Of a stretch of 64,000 nucleotides of DNA, positions 27,889 to 38,637 are shown in pieces. The stretch spans positions 577,895-641,894 of the forward strand of contig JAQTYF010000001.1 of the NCBI GenBank assembly GCA_028688415.1, given 5' to 3'. The translations under genes and the position numbers were made by a program. The DNA is from Candidatus Moraniibacteriota bacterium. GTDB taxonomy: Bacteria > Patescibacteriota > Minisyncoccia > Moranbacterales > UBA1568. Below the pieces are notes generated by a model. The model did not search any database. It was not told the origin of the DNA and saw nothing but the letters and a program-made list of their open reading frames with translations. The stretch's first letter is position 1. Each line of letters begins with the position of its first letter.

Positions 27889-29508
27889 ATGTCTCTCTTT
27901 CGTAAATATTCATCTCATCAGATTGCAACAGGATTTCTTCTTTTTGGTATTCTCGTACTCGCATTTTCTGTGAGAATATACCACATCGAAAGTATTCCGG
28001 CCGGTATCTATCCAGACGAAGCTGCGAACGGTGTCGATGCGCTCCATGCGCTCGAGACCGGAGTATATCAACTCTTCTACACAGCCAATTATGGACGGGA
28101 AGGGCTCTTCATCAACCTTCAGGCACTCTCGATATCTCTTTTCGGTAATACCATCCTCGGACTCAAGCTCTGGTCCATCATTTTTGGAACCCTCTCAGTA
28201 CTCGGCATCTACCTTCTTGGCAAAGAACTCTTCCACAGACGAATTGCTGGCTTATTTGCATCCTTCATGCTCGCGACATCCTACTGGGCAATCAATTTCT
28301 CCCGCATCGGATTTCGAGCCATCATGACTACATTCCTTCTCACTTTCTCATTTTATTACTTTTTTCGAGGTCTTCGCACGAGAAAATTCAGAGATTTTTT
28401 CATCTCTGGTATCCTTTTCGGAACTGGAATGCATACGTATATTGCATTCCGTGTTGCCCCTCTCATACTTCTTCTCCTCCTTCCAGCGCTGATACTTTCC
28501 TATGAACGTTTTTTCGCACGTTATTACAAACACGCACTCCTATTCATACTTGGTGCATTCATTTCTGCATTACCAATGTTCTATCATTTTTTTGTTTCTC
28601 ATCCAGAAAATTTCGAATCACGTTCTGATGAAATATCCATCTTTTCTCCGAAAATCAATCATGGCAGTATTTCACAAACACTCGCTCGTACATTCTCCCT
28701 TTCTCTCATAAAATACAATTTCTTTGGTGATCAGAATTGGCGTCACAACTATCCACCCTATCCGATACTCAGTCCTTTCGTTGGAACATTTTTCCTTGCC
28801 GGATTCCTTTTTGTTCTCTGGCAAACAGGAGCACTTCTCATACGTCGTATTCGTTATCATAATCGAGATACCAGGCTCGTTCTATATTTCTTTCTGCTTG
28901 GATCTTTTTTTACGATGCTTCTTCCGGAATTCCTCTCTGGAGAAGGGCTTCCTCACGCTCTCCGTTCGATCGGAACACAGATGCCAGTATTTCTCATCGC
29001 TACTCTCCCAGCGCTCTGGATATTTCATCAAGCTCTGCGTTCTCGAACAGGTTCGCGTATTGCACTGCTCTTCGTTCTGTTTATCGCTTTGAGTGGAAGT
29101 ATGGCATTTGATCTGACAAAATACTTTGTTTTCTTTGCAAAAAGTCCAAATGCTGGAGGATCATTCAACGAAAACTATACCAATATGGGACGATACCTCC
29201 TCACACTTTCTCCTGAAACAAAAAAATACGTACTCTTTTCTGATGAAGGAAACAATGACCGCTTCAGACTCCCTGTCTTTGCTCATCCTGTTTACTATCT
29301 TACTTATGGACGCGTCGCCAATATGGAAATTATCGGAGAAAACACTCTAATCCAAAGTCCAGCTATCTTTCTCATGGTGAATTACAACGAAGAAATAGCG
29401 AAAAAGATATTTGAGCGTGTGCCGAATACAAGGATAGAACGTATCGATATGAACGGACCTGATCGTACTGGTGGAGATTTCAATGTCATTTTTTTATCTG
29501 AAAACTAA
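27889..29508 (+). CDS. GT-C fold glycosyltransferase, PMT/ArnT-like (GT39/GT83)
   Basis: More than 10 TMs; first-loop motif YPDEAANG (DE motif); C-terminal soluble domain. Confidence 0.7.
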   Translation: MSLFRKYSSHQIATGFLLFGILVLAFSVRIYHIESIPAGIYPDEAANGVDALHALETGVYQLFYTANYGREGLFINLQALSISLFGNTILGLKLWSIIFGTLSVLGIYLLGKELFHRRIAGLFASFMLATSYWAINFSRIGFRAIMTTFLLTFSFYYFFRGLRTRKFRDFFISGILFGTGMHTYIAFRVAPLILLLLLPALILSYERFFARYYKHALLFILGAFISALPMFYHFFVSHPENFESRSDEISIFSPKINHGSISQTLARTFSLSLIKYNFFGDQNWRHNYPPYPILSPFVGTFFLAGFLFVLWQTGALLIRRIRYHNRDTRLVLYFFLLGSFFTMLLPEFLSGEGLPHALRSIGTQMPVFLIATLPALWIFHQALRSRTGSRIALLFVLFIALSGSMAFDLTKYFVFFAKSPNAGGSFNENYTNMGRYLLTLSPETKKYVLFSDEGNNDRFRLPVFAHPVYYLTYGRVANMEIIGENTLIQSPAIFLMVNYNEEIAKKIFERVPNTRIERIDMNGPDRTGGDFNVIFLSEN

Positions 29509-29678
29509 TAATCAAGAAAGATTTCCTCATAAGTAATCTTTCTCAGAACCAGTCGTTTGCTCCAGCGAGCAACTCCTTGCGTGAACTTTTTTTGATCTGA
29601 CGAAGCGTCGGAACCATGCTCAAAAAAACTTCAGGCCTCTGAGAAAAATTCTTATGAGAAACTCTCAAAAAAAACAGT

Positions 29679-31571
29679 ATGGACTTTTTGAAAAAACACG
29701 CATATCTCATTGTTGCAGGGATTCTCGTATCACATTTTGTTCTTGGTCTCGTGATTTCCAGTCAAGAATCGATGATCTATGATGAACGAGCGCATATCCC
29801 CGCTGCCTATAGCTATGTCCGTTACGGCGATATGCGTCTCAATCCCGAACACCCCCCTCTCCTCAAAGACCTCGCTGGGCTCCCACTTCTCGCATTCAAT
29901 CTTTCTTTCCCTCTCGCTTCTCCCGAATGGCAGACAGGCACCAATGAACAGTGGACTGTCGGTGATATGTTCGTCAACTGTTCCAATCCTGAAATGAGTT
30001 GCAACAATGCTGATACGATTCTTTTCTGGTCTCGTCTCCCTATTACGCTCGTCGCTGTATTACTCGGCATCGCGATCTTTCTTTGGACACGTGAACTTTC
30101 AGGAACGCTCGCAGGCCTCTTTGCAGTTACTCTCTACGCTTTTGACCCAAACATCATTGCTCACAACCATTATGTTACGACCGATATCGGTATCGCCACA
30201 TTCCTTTTCCTGGCATTCTATTTCTTTGTTCGTTTCTTGAAAAATCCTTCGTACACGAATATCATCACAGCCGGACTTTTCCTCGGATTCGCTGAAGTGA
30301 CCAAATTTTCTGCCGTACTTCTCTTTCCTCTTTTTGGACTCTTTGTCATTCTCTACGCTCTCACCAAAGAGAAGAGACCGACAGACAGACGAACCGTATC
30401 TCTCTTTAAAATGCAAACCTTATTCGAATATGTTCTCAAATTTGGAGGCAGTGTTGTTGTTTGTTTTATTCTTATCTGGTCCTTGTATGCCTGGAATACG
30501 ATCAATATGCCGGGTGAAAAAATCGTTGCCTCAGCTGATTTCTATCTCTCTCAACAAAATGCACCGGCGATATTCATCCACGACCTCATTGTAAATACGA
30601 GTGAGAATGCATTTCTCAAGCCACTCAGTCAATACATTCTCGGTGCTGGTATGATCTTTGCTCGTGTCGCCAGTGGTAATCCTCATTATTTCCTCGGCGA
30701 AGTGACTATGGATCCCTCACGCTGGTATTTTCCTGTCGTTTTCATCCTGAAAGAAACCCTGCCCTTTCTCATGCTTCTTTCCTTCGCTCTCATCTATACG
30801 CTCTCGCGTATTGGAAAAGTGCTCTTGCGAACAAAAAAACAAACTCTTTTTTCTTTCATATCTCAGTCTATCCAACAGAAGCCAGCACAATACCTCATTT
30901 TCGGATTTATTCTCCTCTATAGTGTGGTCAGTATCAATGGAAAATTGAATATCGGTTTCCGTCATCTCTTCCCTCTTCTTCCGTTCCTTTATATGCTTAT
31001 TGCAAAGACGGTATTTGATTTCTGGAGACATCTCAAGAAAAATGAATCGACTCAGAAACTCTTCTCAATTCTCTTTTCTGGTATCATCTTTTCTATTATT
31101 TCTATACCCATTCTCGCTTATCCGAACTATCTCTCGTATTTCAATATCGCTGTTGGTGGTCATAGCAATGGCTACAAATATGTGACTGATTCCAACTACG
31201 ATTGGGGACAAGATTTGAAAAGAGTACAACGATTCATCGATATTCACAATCGATGCAAAACAGGACAAGTGGACCTCTGGGAATCCAAAGAATGTATAGT
31301 CACGGTCGATTATCCTTCTATCAATAAGATCCGTATAGATTATTTTGGTGGGTCAAATCCTGGAACGATGTTTGATGATGTGTTCATCCCCTGGTGGGGT
31401 GAAAGGGAACCAGAAGCTGGCTGGTATGCCATCTCCTCATTCTTCTACCAAGAGAGTTTGTACAAGAAAAAACCCATCGGAACAAGAGATTATTCTTGGC
31501 TCGAAGATTATACTCCAGTGACTCGAGTCGGTGATTCTTTCTTCATCTATTATATTCCCGAAAAGAGATAA
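29679..31571 (+). CDS. GT-C fold glycosyltransferase, PMT_2-like
   Basis: YDERAHIPAAYSY...NPEHPPLLKDLAGLPL is the PMT_2 (bacterial GT39-like) signature; multi-TM; C-terminal soluble domain. Confidence 0.7.
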   Translation: MDFLKKHAYLIVAGILVSHFVLGLVISSQESMIYDERAHIPAAYSYVRYGDMRLNPEHPPLLKDLAGLPLLAFNLSFPLASPEWQTGTNEQWTVGDMFVNCSNPEMSCNNADTILFWSRLPITLVAVLLGIAIFLWTRELSGTLAGLFAVTLYAFDPNIIAHNHYVTTDIGIATFLFLAFYFFVRFLKNPSYTNIITAGLFLGFAEVTKFSAVLLFPLFGLFVILYALTKEKRPTDRRTVSLFKMQTLFEYVLKFGGSVVVCFILIWSLYAWNTINMPGEKIVASADFYLSQQNAPAIFIHDLIVNTSENAFLKPLSQYILGAGMIFARVASGNPHYFLGEVTMDPSRWYFPVVFILKETLPFLMLLSFALIYTLSRIGKVLLRTKKQTLFSFISQSIQQKPAQYLIFGFILLYSVVSINGKLNIGFRHLFPLLPFLYMLIAKTVFDFWRHLKKNESTQKLFSILFSGIIFSIISIPILAYPNYLSYFNIAVGGHSNGYKYVTDSNYDWGQDLKRVQRFIDIHNRCKTGQVDLWESKECIVTVDYPSINKIRIDYFGGSNPGTMFDDVFIPWWGEREPEAGWYAISSFFYQESLYKKKPIGTRDYSWLEDYTPVTRVGDSFFIYYIPEKR

Positions 31572-31611
31572 GGGACGAGAGATGAGTGATAATGGATAAA
31601 TGATAAAAAAG

Positions 31612-31655
31612 AAAAGAAAAAGATTCCGGATACTCTATCGGAATCTTTTTCGTTT
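31612..31655. terminator. Bidirectional terminator between GT-C #2 and the FtsQ-like gene
   Basis: aaaaagattccggatactctatcggaatctttttcgttt: stem gattccg/cggaatc. Confidence 0.6.
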
Positions 31656-31724
31656 CAGATCTTTTTACTTCCTTTTTATCTCTTATCGCTCATCCATTAT
31701 CATGTATCTTTCACCGTCCCCCAC

Positions 31725-32693
31725 TCACTTTTTCTTTTTCTCTTTCTTATCTTTTTCTGTCTGCTTTACAGTGCTCTGTTCTTTTTCGGTTACATACTCC
31801 TCTGGAAGATTGTCACGAAAAGTATAATAGATACGATTCTCGACACGCATATCAATATACTCGAGCTTCTCACGTTTTGATGCCGATAACTCTTTGTCAA
31901 AAAGAAGACGGAGTGTTCTCAAAGATTTTTCCAGAGGAAAGGACGTGCTGAAATATACTTCCCAGCCATCTGTTGTTCTCACTCGAAGTTCATCGGAAAA
32001 TTGAGAAACAACACTGTATTGTGGCAAGAGGTCAATATTCAATTGCTGAGAAAACTTCTGATCAAGATCGAGGAGAAATGCCATGAAATCTGTATCCATA
32101 ACCCTACTCCCTTCATTGACAGCAGTATGACTCATATCACTGATCGTCAAAGCAAACTTTTGATATGCCTCTGTCGTCGCAACAGCATTTATTTTGAGTG
32201 CACCTTGTTCATCAATCATATACGTCGTCTCTGGAGTCGCCCAAAGGAGAATTTTCTTCTTTTCATGAAGAGAGAGGGTGAGCGTATTTGGAAAAGAACG
32301 AATGAGAGAAGCTTCAGAAACAAGAGGAAATGATTCATATACATCACGTACTATAGTCGCCATTGGAATGACGGGATACGCTCGTTTTGGAAAGATCCCC
32401 CAGTATTTCCCCATAATTCTTTCTTCCACAAACTGCTCCACGTCTTGCTGGGATAGTGTCTCTGTCCCGAGCACGAGAGGGTGCTCTACTAAAACAAACG
32501 ATGAGAAGAAAAAAAGATAAAATAATGTACCTGCAAATACGAACCAGAGCAACAATACTCCATTGGTTATTTTTGTTGGTTGATTCTTCTTTTCTATCCG
32601 TTGTCTGCGTTTTTCTGGTAACGCTTTCCGAAGAAAAGGAGTGTGTTGTTTTTCTCCCTTTTTTCTTTTATTGTATTTTGAAAAAAACCACAT
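31725..32693 (-). CDS. Cell division protein FtsQ/DivIB-like (TM plus POTRA-like region)
   Basis: Basic N-terminus, single TM LLLWFVFAGTLFYLFFF; FPNTLTLSLHEKKKILLW...YMIDEQGAL resembles the FtsQ POTRA/beta region. Confidence 0.5.
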   Translation of the reverse strand: MWFFSKYNKRKKGEKQHTPFLRKALPEKRRQRIEKKNQPTKITNGVLLLWFVFAGTLFYLFFFSSFVLVEHPLVLGTETLSQQDVEQFVEERIMGKYWGIFPKRAYPVIPMATIVRDVYESFPLVSEASLIRSFPNTLTLSLHEKKKILLWATPETTYMIDEQGALKINAVATTEAYQKFALTISDMSHTAVNEGSRVMDTDFMAFLLDLDQKFSQQLNIDLLPQYSVVSQFSDELRVRTTDGWEVYFSTSFPLEKSLRTLRLLFDKELSASKREKLEYIDMRVENRIYYTFRDNLPEEYVTEKEQSTVKQTEKDKKEKKKK

Positions 32694-32704
32694 AATAAAA
32701 GATA

Positions 32705-33616
32705 TTACAATGAAAGAAAGAGTTTTTCGAGAAGTAATCGGGCATTACTTTGCGTATTTCTCAAGAGAGAAAGAGCTTGTTCTACTGTTTCCAGTAGCAA
32801 AAAAAATCGTTTCGTCTGAGGAATATTTTCACCCTTCAATGCCTGCCTATACAGTCCTGGCAACCACCATTCGAGAAGATGTATGGTCTCAGGGACATTT
32901 TTTGCCAACTCTTCCGCAAGCACGAGTCGCTCACCAAGCGAGAGTGAGGTCAAACGAAAGAGTCGACTCAATTTCTCTTGTTCTCCTACAAATTTCTCAG
33001 GATGAGAAAGTAAACGCAAGATCATCCCTGGGCGACCGAGAGTGAAGAAAAATGGTGCAATCACTGTTTCCTTGTTTCTCTCCACTACTGAAGCAAGGCC
33101 AGACTGCATATCTTCTGGTGAAACATAGCTGAATCGTACACGCTCAATACGAGAAAGAATAGTTGGTATGATATTTCCTATCTGATGTGTCACCAGAATA
33201 ATAACAGCACTCGGGTTCGGTTCTTCAAGCGTTTTTAGAAGAACGTTCTGAGCTGATGATGAGAGTTTATGAGCATCTTCTATAATAATCACGCGATACT
33301 TTCCATGAATCGGAAATTGTCCCAAAAACAACAATGCTTCTCGTATCTCGTCTACACCAATATTTTTTTGTTTAGTCACGCTACGTTTCGTCTCTTCTTG
33401 TGGAGTAATCACTCGCACATCAAAAGGATATGGTTTATCTGTGGTAGGCACAAAGTCAGGCTCAGAAACAAGCTCTGATGCAAATGCGAGTGCACAGAAA
33501 CTTTTTCCGACAGATTCTGGTCCGACAAAAAGATATCCCTGAGAGATAGAGTCTTCTCGGACGAGTCTCTCAAGTCGTTTTCTTTCTTTGTGGTGACCAA
33601 TAATATGCATAGGCAA
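32705..33616 (-). CDS. holB: DNA polymerase III delta' subunit
   Basis: YLFVGPESVGKS Walker-like motif; IIEDAHKL; SRIERVRF sensor 2 region. Confidence 0.8.
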   Translation of the reverse strand: MPMHIIGHHKERKRLERLVREDSISQGYLFVGPESVGKSFCALAFASELVSEPDFVPTTDKPYPFDVRVITPQEETKRSVTKQKNIGVDEIREALLFLGQFPIHGKYRVIIIEDAHKLSSSAQNVLLKTLEEPNPSAVIILVTHQIGNIIPTILSRIERVRFSYVSPEDMQSGLASVVERNKETVIAPFFFTLGRPGMILRLLSHPEKFVGEQEKLSRLFRLTSLSLGERLVLAEELAKNVPETIHLLEWWLPGLYRQALKGENIPQTKRFFLLLETVEQALSLLRNTQSNARLLLEKLFLSL

Positions 33617-33699
33617 GGAATTTTCAATTTCTAATTTTCAATTTTCAAAGAATGATTTAGTTTTAAAAATTTCAAAATTGTTTAAAAACGAGAAGTGTA

Positions 33700-34857
33700 T
33701 CAAATATATTTTTCAATCACTGTTTGCAATTCATTCTGAAAATGTTGTTTTGTGAAATGTGCTACTGATTGTCGCATCAAAGATTCATCATACTGACCTT
33801 CGTGTTCAAGAAACCTCCTCACTCCTTCTGCGATGATTTCTGGTGTTTGTGCATGAAACAATTCCCCTGTTTTTCTTTCTTGTATGATTTCTTTGATACC
33901 ACCATATTCATACGCGATCACTGGCGTACCAAATGAAAGTGCTTCGACGGCCACCATACCAAAATCTTCTTCTGACGGAAGAATGATCGCTCGGGCACTA
34001 CGATACAGTTCGACAAGCTCATCGTCTCTAACAAACCCTCGAAAAGAAATATTCTTCTCTGCTCTTTCTTCGAGTGCATGTTGTTCTGGTCCACAACCAA
34101 CAATGACGAGAGGCAGATCGAGTTTATTGAATGCTTCAACCACTCTATCAATTTTTTTGGATCGAGTCAGTCGAGAAACAACAAGAAAAAAGGATCGTTT
34201 GGATGGAGCTGTAAGGACACCCTCTGTAGTACTTGCTTTTTCAGACAAATCGAGAGCTCCTGGATACAAGAGCGTGCTTTCTCTTCGATAATATTTTCTC
34301 ACTCGTTCTTGCGTGAATCGCGAATTGACGAGGAGAAAATCTGGGCGATCAGCTGATTGTCTATCCCATATACGGAGATAACTCATCACCATTCGTAAAA
34401 AAATATTCCTTTTCCCTTGTGCACCAAGTTCTCCGAGATACTGCTCATGATAATCCCACGCATACCGCATTGGGGAATGAATATAGGCAATGTGCTTTGT
34501 ATGAAGACGTGTGATAATTCCCTTGCTCCACGCACCAGAAGAAGAAATGACGATATCAAAATCACGCAAATCAAATGATTCCACAGCAACCGGAAAAAAT
34601 GGCAGAAAAAATCGATAGCGTTTCTTCAGAAAATTCGGCAACCGAGACAACCATGACACACGAATATCTCGTTTCACAAAGTGCTCTCCTATCTGTTTCT
34701 GATCATACAACAGTGTATAAATCGGCGCTTCTGGGAAAAGCTCTGCCATTGATTCGAAAACCCGTTCCGCTCCTCCGTATGACACCAAGAAATCATGCAC
34801 CAAAGCTACTTTTTTCTTTGTTCTTTCTGATGATTTGTCTACATTTTGTTCTTGCAT
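33700..34857 (-). CDS. Glycosyltransferase family 4 (GT-B), RfaG-like
   Basis: C-terminal EDFGMVAVEALSFGTPVIAYEYGGIKEII (EX7E-type region). Start set at MQEQN to avoid a 59-nt overlap; the track ORF extends to 34917. Confidence 0.75.
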   Translation of the reverse strand: MQEQNVDKSSERTKKKVALVHDFLVSYGGAERVFESMAELFPEAPIYTLLYDQKQIGEHFVKRDIRVSWLSRLPNFLKKRYRFFLPFFPVAVESFDLRDFDIVISSSGAWSKGIITRLHTKHIAYIHSPMRYAWDYHEQYLGELGAQGKRNIFLRMVMSYLRIWDRQSADRPDFLLVNSRFTQERVRKYYRRESTLLYPGALDLSEKASTTEGVLTAPSKRSFFLVVSRLTRSKKIDRVVEAFNKLDLPLVIVGCGPEQHALEERAEKNISFRGFVRDDELVELYRSARAIILPSEEDFGMVAVEALSFGTPVIAYEYGGIKEIIQERKTGELFHAQTPEIIAEGVRRFLEHEGQYDESLMRQSVAHFTKQHFQNELQTVIEKYI

Positions 34858-34858
34858 A

Positions 34859-36076
34859 TCAGGAAAATAATACATGTATATCATCTGCGCATTTCTGCCA
34901 ACTGAAACGACGTACATTCTCAGTCGCTTTTGCTATTATATCATCTCTTTGCTGTTTGTCCGAAATTACACGATATATGCCCTCTGCGAGAGATTCTGCA
35001 TTCAGAGGATCGATATATATCGCCCCTGCTCCGCCCACTTCGGGAAGAGAAGCAATATCCGATGTCACCACAGGTACGCCGACAGACTGTGCTTCGAGTA
35101 CTGGGATACCAAACCCCTCGTAGAGAGATGGAAAAAGAAACACATCGGCATTTTTGAACAATGCCCATTTTTCTTCTTCTGAAATATACCCTAATTCTTT
35201 GATATCAAGCTTGTGGCTTGTAGCTTGTAGCTTATAGCGAATTTGATCATAGCCGTATCCAGGCTTCCCTGCAAGTACAAGTATATGAGGAATCACATAT
35301 TTCTTTTTCAATATTTCAAATGCCTCAATCATTCTCACGATATTTTTCCTTTCTTCCAATCTCCCTATGAACAAAAGATATGGCGATGTCTGTTTTTTTG
35401 TTCTTTGTTGACTGTTCTCTGTTGACTGCTGTTCGTATCCCTCATAAATCACCTGTATTTTTTTCTCTGGGACGCTATAGAGTTTCATTACATCACGTTT
35501 GGTATTTTCTGAAACACAAATCACCGTACTAGCAACGCGACACGAAAAACGAATAGACAACCGCATGTAGAGACGATCCAGAAATGCATAACTCTCTTTG
35601 CAAAACTCATATTCAAGACCGTGAATCGTCACGATTGTTTTCTTGGGCCCGCCTGCAACGCTATGCTCGAATGTACAAGAAGAAGCTTTGTGAAAAATTT
35701 TCCTCACAAATAGAGCTACACTACTATACAAAAACGTAGCATTGTGGGCAGGATGGATCAAGGGCACAGTGTGTGCTGGTACGAAAAGAACATCAGGAGT
35801 GTGAAAGAGCATTTCGAGAGAAAGTGCTATTTGTGTCCAGAAACGCGGTGCCCAGACACCTCTCACGTGCCAATTGTTTGGCAAAGAAAAGTCAATCTCT
35901 GGAACGACGAAACGTATTCTTCCTTTTTCCCAGGAGATTTTCCGTCGGACATAAAGAATTACCGTATCTGTCGGGCTGATACATGTACGCAGATGTTTGA
36001 TTGTTTGATATGCATATTCCTCAATTCCTGTCCGTCTCTTGAGGAAGGCTCTCGATGCATCAATACCTATGATCAT
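34859..36076 (-). CDS. Glycosyltransferase family 4 (GT-B)
   Basis: FPSLYEGFGIPVLEAQSVGVPVVTSDIASLPEVGG. Confidence 0.8.
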   Translation of the reverse strand: MIIGIDASRAFLKRRTGIEEYAYQTIKHLRTCISPTDTVILYVRRKISWEKGRIRFVVPEIDFSLPNNWHVRGVWAPRFWTQIALSLEMLFHTPDVLFVPAHTVPLIHPAHNATFLYSSVALFVRKIFHKASSCTFEHSVAGGPKKTIVTIHGLEYEFCKESYAFLDRLYMRLSIRFSCRVASTVICVSENTKRDVMKLYSVPEKKIQVIYEGYEQQSTENSQQRTKKQTSPYLLFIGRLEERKNIVRMIEAFEILKKKYVIPHILVLAGKPGYGYDQIRYKLQATSHKLDIKELGYISEEEKWALFKNADVFLFPSLYEGFGIPVLEAQSVGVPVVTSDIASLPEVGGAGAIYIDPLNAESLAEGIYRVISDKQQRDDIIAKATENVRRFSWQKCADDIHVLFS

Positions 36077-36122
36077 AAAGTTTCAGTGGGTAGAAATTCT
36101 TATCAGAAATATTTTCTTTTTT

Positions 36123-36265
36123 CATTCTTCGTATTTCTCGAACATTTCTGACTCGTTCTGTCGAACAGGGAGCTGTCCTGTCGAGACCATCCGTCACGCT
36201 CTCCGCCAGCTGGCGGATGTTACCGACTCACTTATCACAAATGTGACCGATAAATACGAAGAATG
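36123..36265 (-). other. Candidate structured RNA/leader in the mreB-GT4 intergenic region
   Basis: 14-bp closing inverted repeat cattcttcgtattt (36123..36136) / aaatacgaagaatg (36252..36265) encloses a perfect palindrome ccgccagctggcgg (36203..36216) and further imperfect helices. Local GC is higher than the surroundings. Confidence 0.3.
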
Positions 36266-36309
36266 AAAAAAGGAAATATTCCTGATATCACACTTCTTTA
36301 TGACTAACA

Positions 36310-37326
36310 CTACTTCGCCAACATAATACTCCGCTTATAGAGTTCGAGGTTTTCGAGCACAATGCCAGTTCCCTTCACAACGCAAAATGCAGGATCTTCC
36401 GCTACATAACATGGGACATTGATCGTCCTTGAAATCAATTGATCGAGATATTTGAGCTGAGCTGTTCCTCCAGAAAGCACCATCCCCTTGTCCATGATAT
36501 CAGCCGACAATTCTGGTGGCGTTTCCTGAAGCACTTGCTTGATGACGTTGATGATTTCACGAAGCTCGTCTTGGATAGCTTCTGTCACTTCATTTGAAGA
36601 AACGACGATCGTTTTTGGCAATCCTCCCATCAAGTCTCGTCCATGAATATCCATATGCTCTTCTTTTACCTGAGCAATAGCAGAGCCGATTTTCATTTTT
36701 ATTTCTTCTGCTGTCCGATCACCTATAGAGAGGCTGTATTTGCGCTTGATGTAATCCGATATAGCCTGATCGATACGATTGCCTCCGACGCGAGCACTAT
36801 GAGCAGAGACGATACCTCCAAGTGAAATCACAGCAATTTCTGATGTGCCTCCTCCAATATTGATAATCATATTCCCCTGCGCCGCATGAATTGGGATTCC
36901 TGCTCCTATCGCTGCAAGTATCGGCTCTTTCACGACATACGCGGATTTGGCACCCGCCTTGAGGGCAGCATCGATCACAGCACGACGCTCGGTCGATGTC
37001 ACTCCCGCAGGAATAGAAAGTACTACTTCAGGTCGAAAAAATCGGACACGTCCACTGACTCGATTGAGAAAATATCGGAGCATCGCTTCTGTCACACGAT
37101 AATCAGCGATAGCACCATCTTTGAGTGGTTGGCTCGCGACGATGGTGTCTGGGGTACGTCCCAACATTTCTCTCGCTTCATTACCGACAGCGATCACCTT
37201 GTTTTCGAGAAGTGAAATAGCTACCACGGAAGGCTCGTTCACTACCACACCTTTCCCAGGAACGAACACGAGTGTATTTTTCGTCCCGAGATCAATGCCT
37301 ATTTTTCGTAAAAACATTCCTTTCAT
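36310..37326 (-). CDS. mreB: Rod shape-determining protein MreB
   Basis: IGIDLGTKNTLVFVPGKGVVVNEPSVVA; actin-fold motifs throughout. Confidence 0.85.
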   Translation of the reverse strand: MKGMFLRKIGIDLGTKNTLVFVPGKGVVVNEPSVVAISLLENKVIAVGNEAREMLGRTPDTIVASQPLKDGAIADYRVTEAMLRYFLNRVSGRVRFFRPEVVLSIPAGVTSTERRAVIDAALKAGAKSAYVVKEPILAAIGAGIPIHAAQGNMIINIGGGTSEIAVISLGGIVSAHSARVGGNRIDQAISDYIKRKYSLSIGDRTAEEIKMKIGSAIAQVKEEHMDIHGRDLMGGLPKTIVVSSNEVTEAIQDELREIINVIKQVLQETPPELSADIMDKGMVLSGGTAQLKYLDQLISRTINVPCYVAEDPAFCVVKGTGIVLENLELYKRSIMLAK

Positions 37327-37359
37327 ATTTCTTCAATATATATTTTATCTCTTTCTTCT

Positions 37360-38637
37360 CTAGATCACACAATTTTCCACTGTCACTCTTTTGATCCGTG
37401 CTCCTATCTTTTGCAAGCGTTCCTCTATTCGTTCATATCCGCGATCGACTTGGTAAATATCTTCGATCACGGTCTTGCCTGACGCACAGAGCGCTGCGAT
37501 GATAAGCGCTGCACCTGCCCGCAAATCGAAACTCTTGATAAGTGTTCCTCGAAGAGGTGTCTTGCCATTGACGATTACCTGATGAGGATTGAGGACAGTT
37601 GCCCGAGCCCCCATCTTGATAAGTTCTGATACATAATTAAATCTTCCTTCAAAAATAGTATCGAAAAGAAGCGTGTCTCCGACTGCTTGCGAAGCAAGCA
37701 CTCCAAATGGAGCCTGGACATCAGTCGGGATACCTGGGTACGTTCTCGTATCGAGTTTGACAATCGCTTTCAATTTCTTCGCAGGAACAACAGTGATAGT
37801 ATTTTTTTCTATCACAAAATCAGCACCAAATTCTCGTAATTTTTCTAAAACAATATCAAGATGTTCTTCCCGGGCATTTTTGACAGTGATCGGACTTCCG
37901 GTAGCGACACCGAGAATAAGGAAGGTTCCCGCTTCATTGTGATCAGGAATAATCGTATGCTTTGCACCACGAAGCGTACCTGACCCAATAATCTCAAGTG
38001 TATGTGTACCAAGACCTTTGATCTTTGCTCCGAGAGCAATCAGGAATTTTCCCAAGTCTTCTACATGCGGTTCGGTTGCAGCAATCTTGATAATCGTTTT
38101 CCCTGGCATACTCGCAGCGAGCATCATCGCATTTTCAGTTGCAGTCACGGAAAATTCTTTGAGGATGATTTCAGCCGAATGTCGTTTGCTTGCATCGACA
38201 CGATACACTTTTCCATCGCTTTTGATATCAATACCCATTTTCTGTAGAGCGTCAAAATGTGTCCCTACTGGTCGAGCTCCGATAACACAGCCGCCAGGAT
38301 GATGGAAAGTAAATTTTGCAAAACGTGCTGACAGTGATCCAAGAAGGAGAATCGATGAACGGATTTTCTTCACGGCTTCGATATCTATTTTTGATGGATC
38401 GATATCTCGAGTAGTGATCGCCACCGTGCGCTTTCCTCGCCACTCTATCAGAGCACCCATACTCTCGAGAATCTCGATCATTCGAAAGACATCTTCGATC
38501 AGCGGAAGATTTGAGATGACGCAGGTTTCCTCGGTCAAGAGTGTTGCTGCAAGTATTGGTGTCGTTGCATTCTTGGATCCGCTCACAGTGATTTCTCCAC
38601 GCATTTTTTTCCCTCCCTCAATTTCAAAAAGTTCCAT
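37360..38637 (-). CDS. murA: UDP-N-acetylglucosamine 1-carboxyvinyltransferase
   Basis: N-terminal GEITVSGSKNATTPILAATLL; EPSP-synthase fold; 425 aa. Confidence 0.9.
   Translation of the reverse strand: MELFEIEGGKKMRGEITVSGSKNATTPILAATLLTEETCVISNLPLIEDVFRMIEILESMGALIEWRGKRTVAITTRDIDPSKIDIEAVKKIRSSILLLGSLSARFAKFTFHHPGGCVIGARPVGTHFDALQKMGIDIKSDGKVYRVDASKRHSAEIILKEFSVTATENAMMLAASMPGKTIIKIAATEPHVEDLGKFLIALGAKIKGLGTHTLEIIGSGTLRGAKHTIIPDHNEAGTFLILGVATGSPITVKNAREEHLDIVLEKLREFGADFVIEKNTITVVPAKKLKAIVKLDTRTYPGIPTDVQAPFGVLASQAVGDTLLFDTIFEGRFNYVSELIKMGARATVLNPHQVIVNGKTPLRGTLIKSFDLRAGAALIIAALCASGKTVIEDIYQVDRGYERIEERLQKIGARIKRVTVENCVI

Noticed and set aside
35205-35235. Short gcttgtag tandem repeat
   Set aside because: It lies inside the GT4 CDS and simply encodes YKLQATSHKL; not a regulatory or mobile repeat.
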